Of a stretch of 64,000 bases of DNA, positions 34,802-45,945 are shown piece by piece. The stretch comes from Rhizaria sp. SCN 62-66 (Eukaryota), in the NCBI GenBank assembly GCA_001724265.1, contig MEDY01000017.1, positions 62,001 to 126,000 on the forward strand, in the 5' to 3' direction. The notes beneath the pieces were generated by a model. That model saw only the letters and a list, made by a program, of their open reading frames with translations. It searched no databases and was not told the origin of the DNA. Made by a program: the position numbers and the translations under genes. Positions within the stretch are counted from its first letter, which is position 1. The number at the start of each line of letters is the position of its first letter.

Positions 34802-37800
34802 TTATGTAAGGTGGAATCCGGTCGTCTGCATCGCAATGCGCAGCTTGTGCTCAAGCACTTCCTTGCTGCGATACCGCGGCAACTTAATCAAGTTAAAGCA
34901 CGTCGACGCCGACGGCAGCGCGCTGCGGTCATCCGCCGCCGCCCCGCCCACACCAAACATCCCGCCCAGCGCCCCCAAGATCCCCCCAGAGTCGTTGTTA
35001 TCGCCTCCGTAGTCGGAGAGGTTGTGCACACGGACCGCGAACGGCGGCGTCATGTGCCGGAACCCTCCCAGCGGCGGCCGCGAGCACGCCGTAGCAAACC
35101 GCAGCAGCGCGGACCGCTCCGCCGGCGTGAACTTGGCCACAACCTCCCAGAACCAGCGCACGATATCGTCCCCCGGCGCCGCAGTGCCGTTGTACACTGT
35201 GTGCGCGCGCCAGTCGGCGACGTCGATGTCCTGCCGCGAGCCGGCGACGAGGACGCCCAACTCGGCGGCGTCGAACAGCCGCGTCCAGTGCGCAGGCACG
35301 ACGGAGTGGAACCCGTCGAGGAACGCGTCGGTGGCGCCCGCGGTGGCGCGAGTGAGGTAGTAATCGCTCAGCAGGAGCAAGTACTCGGACACGTTGTCAC
35401 GCGTTACCGCAACGTCTGCGCCACCAGGACGCAGCGCGCGCGTAATATGCCGCCCCAACACGTCCTCGGTGACCGAAAACGTGAGGCCGAGGTCCGCGAA
35501 GTCGCCCTCAAAGCCCGCGAGCAGCTGCAGCGACCGGTACAGAGCCGGGTCGAGCACGCGCAAGTCCGCGATGGTCGGCCGCTGACCCGTGAGACGCGCG
35601 AGGAAGAAGGGCGCGAACGGCACTTCGATCAGAATCCCTTCGTACAGTGCCTTGCCGACGACCTGACCGGCGAGGCGCATCAACGCGCGGTTTTCTGGCA
35701 AGATGCGTCCGGCCGGATTGGGCACGTAGAAAGTCTCGCCGGCGTCAAGCGCAGGCACGGCGGCCTCCACGGCGACTGCGGACGAGTCGGCGGCCGACGC
35801 GGCGGCGGCAGCGGCGGCGGCGGCGGCTGCAGCGGCGGCGGCGGCGGCGGCTTCGGAGGCAGCGTCCGCTTGGGCGCCACTGCTGCGCGCGGCCGCCGCC
35901 GCAGCGGCCGCGGTCGCCGTCGCCGCGGTGGCGGTGGCGGCCGCGACGGCGGCGGTGGTGTTCGCGTGCGCTGACGCCGCGGAGACCGTGGCAAACTCCA
36001 GCGGCACTGGCGCGGTGACCGTGAACAGCCCGGCCTCAGCGCGGAACAACGCCTTGAGCAGCAGCTCGAGAAACTCCTGGAACGGGCCTCCGGAGTCGAT
36101 GCCTGCCTCGGCCTCACCAGTCACGGGGTCGACGAACGTCACCGCAACGCGCCCGTTCCACCGGTGGCCGATCTGCTTCAGCGCATCGAGCGCGTCTGCG
36201 ACAACGCGATCGCGGCGAATCGTGATATGCGCGGCGGGCGCCGTGCCCCAGCCCTGGGCTGTCTGCAGCGCGATCTTGTCCTTGGCGACGGACCGGCGCA
36301 GCGCGTCGACGCGTTCGGGAAACGGCAGCAGAAAGGGCGTCGCCGCGAGCACGCCCGCAAGCCAGGACGGGGCGCGCGTGGGGTACGCCAGCACGAGGTC
36401 ATCCGCGCTCACGGGGGCCGTCGCGGCCGCGGACAGCGCGGCGGCGGAGCCCGCGGCGGGGGCGGCGGTCGGCAATGGGATGCCTGAGGCGGCGACGGCG
36501 CGGACGAGCTCGGCGTGTGCGCGGCGCGAATCGCGGGCCAGGGCACGGCGCGCCTGCTCCGCGGTCACTACCGCACTCGAACTCGAACTCGAGCTCGCAG
36601 TTGTTGTAGAGGCCGCTGCACTAGCGTTATTGAGATCTGCGGACTCGTCCTCCGCGCCGTCGGCGTCGCTGTCACTGGCGGCGGCGTCTGCGTCCGCGTC
36701 CTCGTCGTCGTCCAGCGCAGCTGCACGGCGCAACAGGTAGAAAGCGCGCGCCTCCTTGCCAACCACGCCCGCGGCGGTATCGGCGACGTCGTTCTCGTCG
36801 CTGCCGCCGTCGTCGCCGTCGTCGCCGCCCGTCCCACGCAGCGCCCACGCGTGGTCGCGCATGCGCAGGCGTGTCGTGCGCGGCAACAGCGCAAAATGCC
36901 GGCCGAGAACAGCCTCCGCGGCCAAGTCAGGCCCGCCGTCGTCCCCAGCGACAGTGGCAGCGCCGGTGCGCGAGGGCGCTAACACTGCCCAGGAGAAGGG
37001 ATCCGCGCCCGTGGCCGCACTGGCGGGCGCGGCGGCGAGCCCCATCCCGCGCGCGTGCGCGGCCTCGGGCTGCGCAGCGCGGAGGTCGATCATGAACGGC
37101 ACGCGCGCGTCACGCTGGTGCAGCTCGCGGACGAGCCGGGCGAGCACAGGCAGCGAGCGCAAAGCGCCGGCGCGGACCAGCGGCTCGCGCGCGCGGGCGT
37201 GGGCGGAGACGCGCAACACGGCGGCCGCGGCGGCGCGGGCGGCGGCGGGGCCCCTGCGCAGCGCACGGTGCGACGCGATCATCGCTGCCAGTCCGCGGCC
37301 GCGCGCGCCGCCGCCGCCGGGACCCGCGGCAGCGCCCGCGACGACGGCGACCTTACGGGCGAGCGCGGCCTCTGCGGCAGACATCGACCTGACGGCCGCG
37401 ACGGACAGCCGCGCGAGCTGGCGGGTCATCGCGGGCGAGCCGGACGGCAGCGCGAGCGAGGCGGCAGCGGCGTCGGGCAGCGTCTGCAGTGCGGAGATAA
37501 AGCTCGACGACAGCGCGGCCAGCAGCGCGTGTGCGGCGGCCAGCGCAGCGGGCGGCAGCGGTGCGCCGGCGGCGTGCCTGCCCATTGCATGCGCCTGCGC
37601 CAGTAACCAGTCGGGCTGCGCGGCGTTGCCGCGACGCGAGCCGTTGCCCCCGTTGCCGCTGTTGGCGCCATTGCCGCTGTCTGCGCCGCGGGAGAACCCC
37701 CAGAAGGCGTCGCGCGCGGCGTTCGGCTCCGCAGCGGCGGCGGCGGCCGCGACGGCAGCGGGATCGTCTTGGTCGTCGTCGTCCACCTCATCGAAGTCGC

Positions 37801-40800
37801 CGTCACCGGCGGCAGCGTGATGTCCGTTGTCGCCGTCATCGTCCCGCATCGCATGCGCGGCCGCGAAGTCGTCGTCGAGCATCACGTCCACGCGACGGCG
37901 CCGCGCGCGCGCCTGCGCCTGCGCCAGACCGGCGCGGGCCTCCCGCGCGCGCCACGCCTGCCGCCAGCGCGCACCGGCCTCGCGGGCCTCGCGCCGCGCG
38001 GCTGCAATCTCGGCCTGCTCCGCACCGGCGCGCGCGCGCGCTGCGGCGGCTTCGGCGTCGTTAGCGTCCTCTCCGTCGCCGCGCGCGGGCGCGAGCGCGA
38101 GCCGGACGAGCCAGAACCCGAGAGCATACGCCTCGCGCAGAGCCGCGGCGCGGGAAGCGGCCAGCGGAGAGGATAGCAGAGCGGCCGGCTCGAGGCTGCC
38201 TTCAGCGGAGCCGAGCGGGGGCAGCGCGGCCGGCGGCCGCGGCGGCGGGTCGAGCTCCTCACGCGAGCCAGAGAACCCTGCGGCAACGGCGCGGAAGTAC
38301 GGGTTGTCGGGGGAGTCGAGCCGCGCATTGTAAAAGGCCAGGCGGCGGCGGAAGCCTGCATCGAGGCGGCGGTGCTTCCGCGCTACACCGGCCTCGTGCG
38401 CTGACTTGAGCGCTGTGAGCGTAGTCACGCGCGCGGTGAACAGCGCCGCGCCCCCGGTCACCCCGGCGGCGGGCGCTTTGGGCGCTGCGAGGGCGGGGGC
38501 CGCGGTGGTTGCGGCGCCCAGCGCGTCGAGGTGCGCGGTGAACGCCGGCAGCGACGGACACAGCGGCATGCCCACCGCAGTCTGCAGCTGCGCGGCCGTG
38601 AGCGGCAGCAGAGGCGTGCCCAGCGCAAGTGCCGTGTCCGCCGCGGCGACAGCCTCGGCGCCGCTCTCGTCGGCGGCCATGGCGTTCGCGGCGGCGGTGT
38701 TGGCGCCCGCGGCCGCCGCGGACAGGAGGCGCACCTGTGCCAGGAGAGTGGCGAGGGCGCCGGCGAGCGCGCCAGGCAGCGCGGCCGCGTCGGTCGAGAG
38801 CCCCGCGGCGGGCGGCGCAGCCACGGGCGGAGGCTGCATGCAGGTAGCGGCCGCGGTCAGCAGCCAGAGAGTGCCGGGAGGGGCGCGTGCCAGAGGCGCA
38901 GACCCGCCGGTACTCATGGGGGTACCTGTGGGACCTGCGACTGCGAAGACCGTGGATGTCTGCGCGATCAGCGGGCCGAGCTGTGCGAGGCGCGCCTTTG
39001 CGGCCGCGGGGGCGGCGGGGAGGCGGCGCAGCGCGGGGAAAGGCAGGCGCGGCATCGCAGGCGCGAGCAAGGGCGACGCCAGTGTATGCACGCCACGCGG
39101 TGACGCCAGCACACCAGCAGCACCGGCAGCAGAAGCGCCGGTGGCAGCAGCAATGACCGCAGTAACAGCTGAGGAATCTGAGTCTGGAGCGACCGCGGCG
39201 GACGCAGCGGCGAGGATGATCGCATACGGCGCTGCAATGAGAGCCTTGATCAACGGTGAGTTGAGCGACAGCCACGGCGCCACCGCAGAGGCTAACGCGC
39301 GCAGCGGGGACGCGCCCCCGGTGCTGTGGCCGTTGCCACAGAGTGCGGAGACGGGGAGTAGCGCCGGGGCGACCGGCCAGCACACGGCCGGCACGGGCCC
39401 GCGCGCGGCAGCGGCGGCCGCGGTGGCGGACTCCAGCGCCAGAGGCAGGCCGGCGCCGGCGCCCGCGGCCGGGTTGGCAATGGAGCTGGGCCGCGCGCTG
39501 TGTGCGAGCATGCCGCCCGCAGCGGTCCCACCAGTCGCAGCGGTCGCGCCAGAAGCGGCAGTCGCGGCAGAAGAACCGGCGGTTGCATTAGCCGCGCGGC
39601 GGCGGCGCAGCGGCAGGGGCACGAGCGCGGCTGCAGACGGGAAAGCGGGGCGCAGGAGCGTCGCCGGCAGCGGCAGCGGGGACGGAGGCGCAGGCACGGC
39701 CAGCAGAGCCACTGTGGCCGAAAGCACGCGCGCACTGACCGCGAGCGCCGCGGCGTCGCCGTCCGCGCCCGCTGCGGCCGCTGCGGCGAGCACGGCCAGC
39801 GCGCGCGCAGTGAGGGTCACCGCGCCCGCCGAGGCCTCGGCGGCCGCGCCGACAGCGGCCGCGCCCGCGGGGGCGGCTGCGGCGACGGAGCCGACCGAGG
39901 TGGCGACAACGCGTTCCGACAGAGCGCAGAAGAAAAGCAACAGTGCGGCCGCGGCCGAGGCGCGCGCGGCGGCCGCAGCGGCCGCGGCGGCGGCCTGCGC
40001 GCCCACAGTGCCAGCGAGGGCGCCAGTGGCGCCGTGGGCAGGCGCGGCGACCAGCAAAGACGCCAGCACGGGCGCACGCAGCGCTGAAGTGATACTACCT
40101 CCTCCAGCACTGCCGCCAAGACTACTGCTACTGCTGCTGCTGCCGCCAGCGGTAGTGACTGTAGCTCCAAAGGACGCGGATGAAGCGCCGGTGGGACGGA
40201 AGGCGGGTGTAAGCGCGACTGCTGGGCACGCGGCGTAGACTGCGCGCTGCCAGGAAGTTAGGCCGCCATGCACGCGCGCAAGGGAAAACGCCACCGGAGA
40301 CAGCGGCGACTGCGAACCTGAAGACTGCGCAAACAATGACGACGACGACGACGACGGCGAGGACAAATATGGCGATGAAGAGTGTGGCGAGAAGAGCGCC
40401 ACGGCCGCGGCGGCGAGCGGGCCCCAAATCGCTAAAACGGCACTGGCGGTCGATGTTGCAGTCGCGCCCGCTGAAGCAGTCGGAAGTGCAGAGAGCGCGG
40501 CCGCAGCGGGCGCCAGTGCGACGAAGTGCAGCAAGTAACTCCGCAGCAGCAGGGACAGCAGTGGAGATAGCAGCGACGGGGCCCTCGCAGCCACCGCAGC
40601 GGCGGCGGTGGCGTTGGCACTGCTCGCGGCGCTATCAGTGTTGGTGGCGTCAGCGCAGAGGGAAGGCACATATGCGCACAGAGTAGGCACCGCGGTGCCG
40701 CCGAGGAGAGACGCAGATTGAGGGCCAGAAAAAATAAGCAACCTTGGGACGCTCCCAGTCCCAGTGCCAGCGCCAGCGCCAGACGCTGATGAGACGCTCC

Positions 40801-42448
40801 CAGCGCTCGATACCGCTGCTGCTGCTGTTGTTGATGATGGCAGAGAAGAAGACAGTGCTTCCGCGAGCAGGAGCGGGTGCCGCGCGGCCGCAGCGACTGC
40901 GCGCGATAGGACGAGTCGCGCGGGCGCCGCGGGTACCCGCGGCAGCACGAGCGGCAGCACACCTGAGGTGGGCAGCGCGGTGCCCGCGGCCGCGCGGACC
41001 GCCGCGGAGGCGGTGGGCGACGGCTGGGGCAGTAGCGCGTGCGTCGCGACGGCGAGCAGCGCGGGTAACGGCGCGACAGCGGCGACGGCTGGCGCCGCCA
41101 CAGCTAGGGCCACTGCGGCCGAGCTGTCGTCGCTGCCGTCGGTCAGTGCGGCGGCGGTTGCTGCGGTGGCGGAGAGAGGGGCGAGCAAATGCACGGCATG
41201 CGCGACCGCAAACGCGGCAGGCAGCGCAGCGTTCGCCACAGAAGCAGAGGCAGAGGCTGACGTAAACGCAGACGCAGTGGCAGCGGCAGAGGCCGCAGAG
41301 GCAAATGCGCCGCGGAGTGAGCGGGCGGTCGGCGCGGTCATCGCAGTGAGCGCGAGCGCAAGCGGGGCGGCGACCGCGGCCGTAGCCGCTGCGACCGCGG
41401 CGGTGGCGGCGGATGGGTCGGCTGCGCCGGCCGCGGCGGCGGCGGCGGCGTCGGCGTGCGCTAAGACGGCCGGCAGCGCGAGCGCGAGAGTGACCGTGAG
41501 GCGGCGCGCGAGGGACCAGAGCGATGACGGGTTTGCCAGGGAAACCAACGGCGACACGGAGGCGTTACTGCGAGAGGAAGCTACTGCAGTTGTTGTTGTT
41601 GTTGCAGTGTATGATGCAGGGGCAGCGACCGAGCGGGCAGCGGCGGGCGCGGAAAGCCAGGCAAACGCGCGCGGCAGCGGGGCCAGCGGGGCCGTCGCGT
41701 CAACAACAGCAGCGTCACTGCCACCGCCACTGTTACGGTCAGATGCAGTTGATGTTGCGAGGCCAGTGTGAGGGAAGTGGGCGAAGAGGCTGGGCAAGGG
41801 CTCGGTCGGACGCAGGTGCAGCGCAGACACTGCGGCTGCAAGCGTTGCAAAGGAGTGCGCCTGTTCGCGAGTCAGACGCGATGCTGCGGGCTCGGCGACA
41901 GCGGTGGAGTCGGCGTCCGTCGCTGCTGCTGCAGCTGATGTTGATGCCGTCGCAGCGGACGCGGAGGCAGCGATGGTCTCAAGCGTGGCGGCAACAGCGT
42001 CAGTGCGCGGGGGCGCCGGGGAGCCGCTAAGCAGGCTAGCGACGACGACGAGCGCCCGGAACGTGACTGGCGCGCGCGGGCGCAGTGCAAAGAGACGCAA
42101 TGCAGCGATAGCGAGAGGGGCCACCGACGCCTGGTCACAAGCGCCAGCGCCAGCGCCAGTGCCAGTTGAGTCCGAGGTGGTGCTCCGGCCACGCAGCGCC
42201 GCTAGGAGCGCGTCGAAGCGCTCAGCGACGGCGTCCGCAGCGGCGCGGCGCGCACGGAAGGCGCGCCAGGTGCGCTGGATGGAGATTGCGGGCTGGACTT
42301 TACGGGCCTGGCGCTGACGCTGCTCGCGCTCGGCCTTGGCGATGGCGAGGATCTCTTCGCGCGACTGCCCCCGGGCGCCAGCGACGCGCGCCTCGATGGC
42401 GCTCTGGCGCTGGCGGTTGCCGCGAGCGTCACCGTCAAAGGGGAACAT
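34802..42448 (-). CDS. IQ-motif HECT E3 ubiquitin ligase (UBE3B/UBE3C/UPL6-7/Hul5-like)
   Basis: Start MFPFDGD at ATG 42448. IQ motif AISIQRTWRAFRARR. HECT motifs PFLLPFPERV, ITIRRDRVVADA, EAGIDSGGPFQEF, ALLRFATACSRPPLGGF and the catalytic LPSASTCFNLIKLPRY...GFHLT. Ends TAA. Confidence 0.92.
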   Translation of the reverse strand: MFPFDGDARGNRQRQSAIEARVAGARGQSREEILAIAKAEREQRQRQARKVQPAISIQRTWRAFRARRAAADAVAERFDALLAALRGRSTTSDSTGTGAGAGACDQASVAPLAIAALRLFALRPRAPVTFRALVVVASLLSGSPAPPRTDAVAATLETIAASASAATASTSAAAAATDADSTAVAEPAASRLTREQAHSFATLAAAVSALHLRPTEPLPSLFAHFPHTGLATSTASDRNSGGGSDAAVVDATAPLAPLPRAFAWLSAPAAARSVAAPASYTATTTTTAVASSRSNASVSPLVSLANPSSLWSLARRLTVTLALALPAVLAHADAAAAAAAGAADPSAATAAVAAATAAVAAPLALALTAMTAPTARSLRGAFASAASAAATASAFTSASASASVANAALPAAFAVAHAVHLLAPLSATAATAAALTDGSDDSSAAVALAVAAPAVAAVAPLPALLAVATHALLPQPSPTASAAVRAAAGTALPTSGVLPLVLPRVPAAPARLVLSRAVAAAARHPLLLAEALSSSLPSSTTAAAAVSSAGSVSSASGAGAGTGTGSVPRLLIFSGPQSASLLGGTAVPTLCAYVPSLCADATNTDSAASSANATAAAAVAARAPSLLSPLLSLLLRSYLLHFVALAPAAAALSALPTASAGATATSTASAVLAIWGPLAAAAVALFSPHSSSPYLSSPSSSSSSLFAQSSGSQSPLSPVAFSLARVHGGLTSWQRAVYAACPAVALTPAFRPTGASSASFGATVTTAGGSSSSSSSLGGSAGGGSITSALRAPVLASLLVAAPAHGATGALAGTVGAQAAAAAAAAAARASAAAALLLFFCALSERVVATSVGSVAAAAPAGAAAVGAAAEASAGAVTLTARALAVLAAAAAAGADGDAAALAVSARVLSATVALLAVPAPPSPLPLPATLLRPAFPSAAALVPLPLRRRRAANATAGSSAATAASGATAATGGTAAGGMLAHSARPSSIANPAAGAGAGLPLALESATAAAAAARGPVPAVCWPVAPALLPVSALCGNGHSTGGASPLRALASAVAPWLSLNSPLIKALIAAPYAIILAAASAAVAPDSDSSAVTAVIAAATGASAAGAAGVLASPRGVHTLASPLLAPAMPRLPFPALRRLPAAPAAAKARLAQLGPLIAQTSTVFAVAGPTGTPMSTGGSAPLARAPPGTLWLLTAAATCMQPPPVAAPPAAGLSTDAAALPGALAGALATLLAQVRLLSAAAAGANTAAANAMAADESGAEAVAAADTALALGTPLLPLTAAQLQTAVGMPLCPSLPAFTAHLDALGAATTAAPALAAPKAPAAGVTGGAALFTARVTTLTALKSAHEAGVARKHRRLDAGFRRRLAFYNARLDSPDNPYFRAVAAGFSGSREELDPPPRPPAALPPLGSAEGSLEPAALLSSPLAASRAAALREAYALGFWLVRLALAPARGDGEDANDAEAAAARARAGAEQAEIAAARREAREAGARWRQAWRAREARAGLAQAQARARRRRVDVMLDDDFAAAHAMRDDDGDNGHHAAAGDGDFDEVDDDDQDDPAAVAAAAAAAEPNAARDAFWGFSRGADSGNGANSGNGGNGSRRGNAAQPDWLLAQAHAMGRHAAGAPLPPAALAAAHALLAALSSSFISALQTLPDAAAASLALPSGSPAMTRQLARLSVAAVRSMSAAEAALARKVAVVAGAAAGPGGGGARGRGLAAMIASHRALRRGPAAARAAAAAVLRVSAHARAREPLVRAGALRSLPVLARLVRELHQRDARVPFMIDLRAAQPEAAHARGMGLAAAPASAATGADPFSWAVLAPSRTGAATVAGDDGGPDLAAEAVLGRHFALLPRTTRLRMRDHAWALRGTGGDDGDDGGSDENDVADTAAGVVGKEARAFYLLRRAAALDDDEDADADAAASDSDADGAEDESADLNNASAAASTTTASSSSSSSAVVTAEQARRALARDSRRAHAELVRAVAASGIPLPTAAPAAGSAAALSAAATAPVSADDLVLAYPTRAPSWLAGVLAATPFLLPFPERVDALRRSVAKDKIALQTAQGWGTAPAAHITIRRDRVVADALDALKQIGHRWNGRVAVTFVDPVTGEAEAGIDSGGPFQEFLELLLKALFRAEAGLFTVTAPVPLEFATVSAASAHANTTAAVAAATATAATATAAAAAAAARSSGAQADAASEAAAAAAAAAAAAAAAAAASAADSSAVAVEAAVPALDAGETFYVPNPAGRILPENRALMRLAGQVVGKALYEGILIEVPFAPFFLARLTGQRPTIADLRVLDPALYRSLQLLAGFEGDFADLGLTFSVTEDVLGRHITRALRPGGADVAVTRDNVSEYLLLLSDYYLTRATAGATDAFLDGFHSVVPAHWTRLFDAAELGVLVAGSRQDIDVADWRAHTVYNGTAAPGDDIVRWFWEVVAKFTPAERSALLRFATACSRPPLGGFRHMTPPFAVRVHNLSDYGGDNNDSGGILGALGGMFGVGGAAADDRSALPSASTCFNLIKLPRYRSKEVLEHKLRIAMQTTGFHLT

Positions 42449-42954
42449 GCGCAAGCACGGTTGGAAGCCGGGCGATCGGACCGAAGAAGATCTAGAACAA
42501 GGAGAAAAGCTCGCAGCTAGTTACAGGGGAAAGGTCTACAAGAATCAATGTCAAAATGTGTGAGCTAAAACAGAAAAACTTAAAAAAATTGTTCTGCGCG
42601 TGGTGTTTCGAGATGTCGAGCGGGACGTGAGATATGCTTGCTGAAGTTAGAGTGGGCATGATTTGTGGCCAGACTGAGCGGGAGGTCGGCCGAGGTGGGC
42701 TCAACGGATCTTCCTTTTTCCTTTTTTCCGCGCCTCTGCATGGTTTTTACAGCCACGATTAATGTATTATGTCAGTGTAACTGGTGAACTTGCGCTCTGA
42801 ATTAAGTTTTGCATAATAATAATCTGACTTTGTTCACGTCTTTGTAGTATAAATCTACTAACTGCATCTCGGCATTCTAACGGCTCGAACTCGCGCTCAA
42901 ACCTTGGCCTTTTACCCGCACTCTGCCCATTGTCTGAACAGAAAAAGAGTCACA
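42449..42954. promoter_or_regulatory. Probable bidirectional promoter region (HECT E3 / CFAP36)
   Basis: 506 bp AT-rich spacer between divergent ATGs. Inferred from position only. Confidence 0.45.
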
Positions 42955-44520
42955 ATGTCTACGGCGTCCCTTGATAAGGAGGGTTTTCTGTATGACTTTA
43001 TCTCCGAGTTCCTTCGGTGCCCGCTGTGGACGACCCCGGTGAACAACTTCATCGACAAGCACTCAGTCATCTTCACCAACGCAAGCGAGAACAAGCTCGA
43101 GTACACGCAGGTGCACCGCGAATTCATGCAACTCATCGAGGACCTGCTCGAGTACCACCTGGCCGAGCTCGGCGTTAGCGCTGAACAGTTCGCAGCCGCA
43201 TGCGCCAACGGCAAGCACACCCGCAAGGTCGTCTTCAACCACTTTCTCGCTGCCGACGACTTCCTTATCTTCAAGCGTATCATGGTCCGCCGCGCACAGG
43301 AGCTCGAGCTAGAGGCGCTCAAAGAGATTAAGGACGGCGACTCCGACTCCGAGACGCCTACCTCATCTCCCACGAAATCCGCGTCCGCGTCCGGCGCCAC
43401 CGCCGACGCCCCCGTTGACTTATCGAAGCTCTCCGAGGCCGAGCTAGAAGCTCTCGAAGAGCGCCAGCTCAAGCTCGCGCTCGCGCTCTCCGAAAAGCAG
43501 GCGCAACGCGAGGCTCGAAGCGCTGACCGCGTAGAGCAGCGCGAGTTACGCCGTGCGATTGCGGCTTCGCTGGCCGCTGCCGAGCTTGTCGACGCTGAGC
43601 TGCGCCGCGAGCAAGCCGAGCTCGAGGAAGCCATTGCGCTCTCGCTCGCGGCCGAGGCCGAGCGCGTTGAGCAACGCGCTGCGGCAGCGGCGGCACCTGC
43701 GCCTGCTGCTGCTGCCACTGTGCCCGCGCCCGCCGTCACCGCGTCTGTGTCGAAGCCTGTTCCCGCTGGCAAGCTGCCTCCGCTGTCGCTGCCTCCCATC
43801 CGCCCGCGCCCGCTCCCTGCCTCCATTGCCGCGGCCGGCGCCGCCTCCTCCTCCTCACCGGCGCCCGCGGACACTGCAGCACTGTCATCGTCTCTGTCCT
43901 CGCTGACTCTGTCCGACGCCGGCTCCGCCGCGTCTCTGCAGACTTTCTCCAAAGCTATGGACCAGCAGGCTGCCGCCTTCGCGCAGCTCATGGCACCGCG
44001 CCCGCCCGCCGGCCCATCCCCTGCCGAGGCCGCCGTCGCCGCCGCCGCGGCCAGCGCCGCCGCAGCCGCAGCCGGCTCCGGGCTGACCCCCGCGCAGCGC
44101 GCCGAGCGCGAGGCGTTCGTGCAGCGCCACAAGGCCGCGTTGATCGCGCGCCGGTCCGCGCAGCGCGACGGCGAGCTGGCGGCGTACCACCGCGCGATGG
44201 GTACTACGCCGGGCAGCAGCGCCGCTGTCACCGCGCCGATCAGCAGCAGCAGCAGTGCGCCGCCGCTGACGGGCGCGGAGGCGCTGAAGGAGCGACTGCG
44301 GAAGGATATGGACACCACGCTCGCGCGCAAAGAAGCCACTGCTGCTGCCGCGGCCGATGCTGCTGCGGCGGCTCCCGCGGCGAAGAAGCCTGCGATTGTC
44401 AATGAGGCGACTGTGGAGGAGGGGCCAGGTTTTGAGGTGTTGGCCGCGAATATCGAGCGCCTTAACCAGGTCCGCAAGGAGCTCTACGCCAACGCCTTCG
44501 CGCGCGGGGACGTGCAGTGA
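42955..44520 (+). CDS. CFAP36: Cilia- and flagella-associated protein 36 (CCDC104/BARTL1; BART domain)
   Basis: FLRCPLWTTPVNNFIDKHSVIF...ENKLEYTQVHREFMQLIEDLLE...LAADDFLIFKRIMVRRAQELELEAL. UIM-like helices (QLKLALALS, ELEEAIALS). ATG at 42955, ends TGA. Confidence 0.87.
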   Translation: MSTASLDKEGFLYDFISEFLRCPLWTTPVNNFIDKHSVIFTNASENKLEYTQVHREFMQLIEDLLEYHLAELGVSAEQFAAACANGKHTRKVVFNHFLAADDFLIFKRIMVRRAQELELEALKEIKDGDSDSETPTSSPTKSASASGATADAPVDLSKLSEAELEALEERQLKLALALSEKQAQREARSADRVEQRELRRAIAASLAAAELVDAELRREQAELEEAIALSLAAEAERVEQRAAAAAAPAPAAAATVPAPAVTASVSKPVPAGKLPPLSLPPIRPRPLPASIAAAGAASSSSPAPADTAALSSSLSSLTLSDAGSAASLQTFSKAMDQQAAAFAQLMAPRPPAGPSPAEAAVAAAAASAAAAAAGSGLTPAQRAEREAFVQRHKAALIARRSAQRDGELAAYHRAMGTTPGSSAAVTAPISSSSSAPPLTGAEALKERLRKDMDTTLARKEATAAAAADAAAAAPAAKKPAIVNEATVEEGPGFEVLAANIERLNQVRKELYANAFARGDVQ

Positions 44521-45945
44521 GATGTTCTCTGGCGGAAAACGAGCATGCTGTTACAACGTGCATGACTGTAAGAATGGCTGCAACGCAGTAATATTGGGCC
44601 ATGAGCGGCTCAAATGGGTGAATTAACATGTGCATGTGGATAGATATGCAACCTGTGCGTGCATATGATGCATGGAAGAGAATGAACCTCTAGCAACGAC
44701 TCAGCGGCCGCGATGTCAGTCAGATTTGGCCACCATTTTTCACGTTGACGAGTGTGTGCGATTTACGGATGGATTTCACTATTATGTATTCAAGTTAAAA
44801 TGGAGATTGGTTGCGATCTAATTCAATAGTAGTTGTAAATTTACAACTGTACTTGCGGTTAATAAACATCAGACCCTCAGCCTTGTCAAGAAGATCATGA
44901 ACCTTTGTATTACCTGGGTCTTCAAGAAATGAAACTTCGTACAATTTCTCCCGGCAGCGAACCATAGCCGTTCGTTGTTCGGCTACCGTGGTAATGAATA
45001 AGATAAAAGTCCAGATCCATATTATCTGTACGCAAAATAATTTCATAAATCTTGTTTTTGAAGATTTATTGTTTTTAAAATATGCAAATGATTTTGTACC
45101 GATGTGATTTTGTATCGCCAGAAATCGTGTTTCATTTTTATCAAAATGACACGAACACGATGAGAATTAATGAATACATGTACTGTACATATGAAATCGT
45201 ATTATTAATAGGGTTAATTCAAAGTAGATATATTAAACGCAAGACATTATATTTAAATGTTGTTGTTGAAGCACATCAAATGACGCGGTGTATTAGTTGA
45301 AATCCAAGTATCGCTTCGGACATTGATTCGCAGTGCAAATTACATGTACAGGCGCTGCGTCAAGAGGACGGGTGTCCACGGGTTTAGAAAGGATGAATTT
45401 AATGATGTAATATGAAGGATTACTTTGTAGATTCGGGGGTGTGTTGTCACGAGAGGAGAAGAAAAGAAAACACTGCAACTGCATCTGCAACGCGCTGAGC
45501 GATGATGAGCAACAACGGAAGCACAATGCGTTGCTGCCGCGCATACACTCACAAGCTCGCATAAATTGCGTATTTCCAAACAATGGATCGCTCGGGCGTG
45601 CAGTGATGTGGAAGAAATGAACGAGTAAGAGTTGATATGAAATATTATATTCACTCGTGTGAGACTACAAAACAAGTGGAGCAGGGACAGGCAGTAGTTG
45701 AGATTGAGCCAGCGATAACGGTCGCAAGCGATAAAAAAAACATGTTTGAACAGTATAGGTAGAGAAAGCATGAAGCGTGGTGTTATTTGCTTGAGAATAC
45801 AGACTAAATGGACTTCGCTTCAAAAAAGGGGAGATACAAACACACAGGTGAAGAGCTGTGACTTCACTAGTCACGTCACAATGCGTGAAATTGCATGTAA
45901 CAGCGTTGCATGCAACAATGCAGAGCTAACTGTATACACGCGTAC

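Noticed and set aside
34682-44477. Antisense ORFs over the HECT and CFAP36 genes (34682..35974, 38406..40238, 42912..44477)
   Set aside because: Shadow ORFs of Ala-rich GC-biased genes with no independent motifs.
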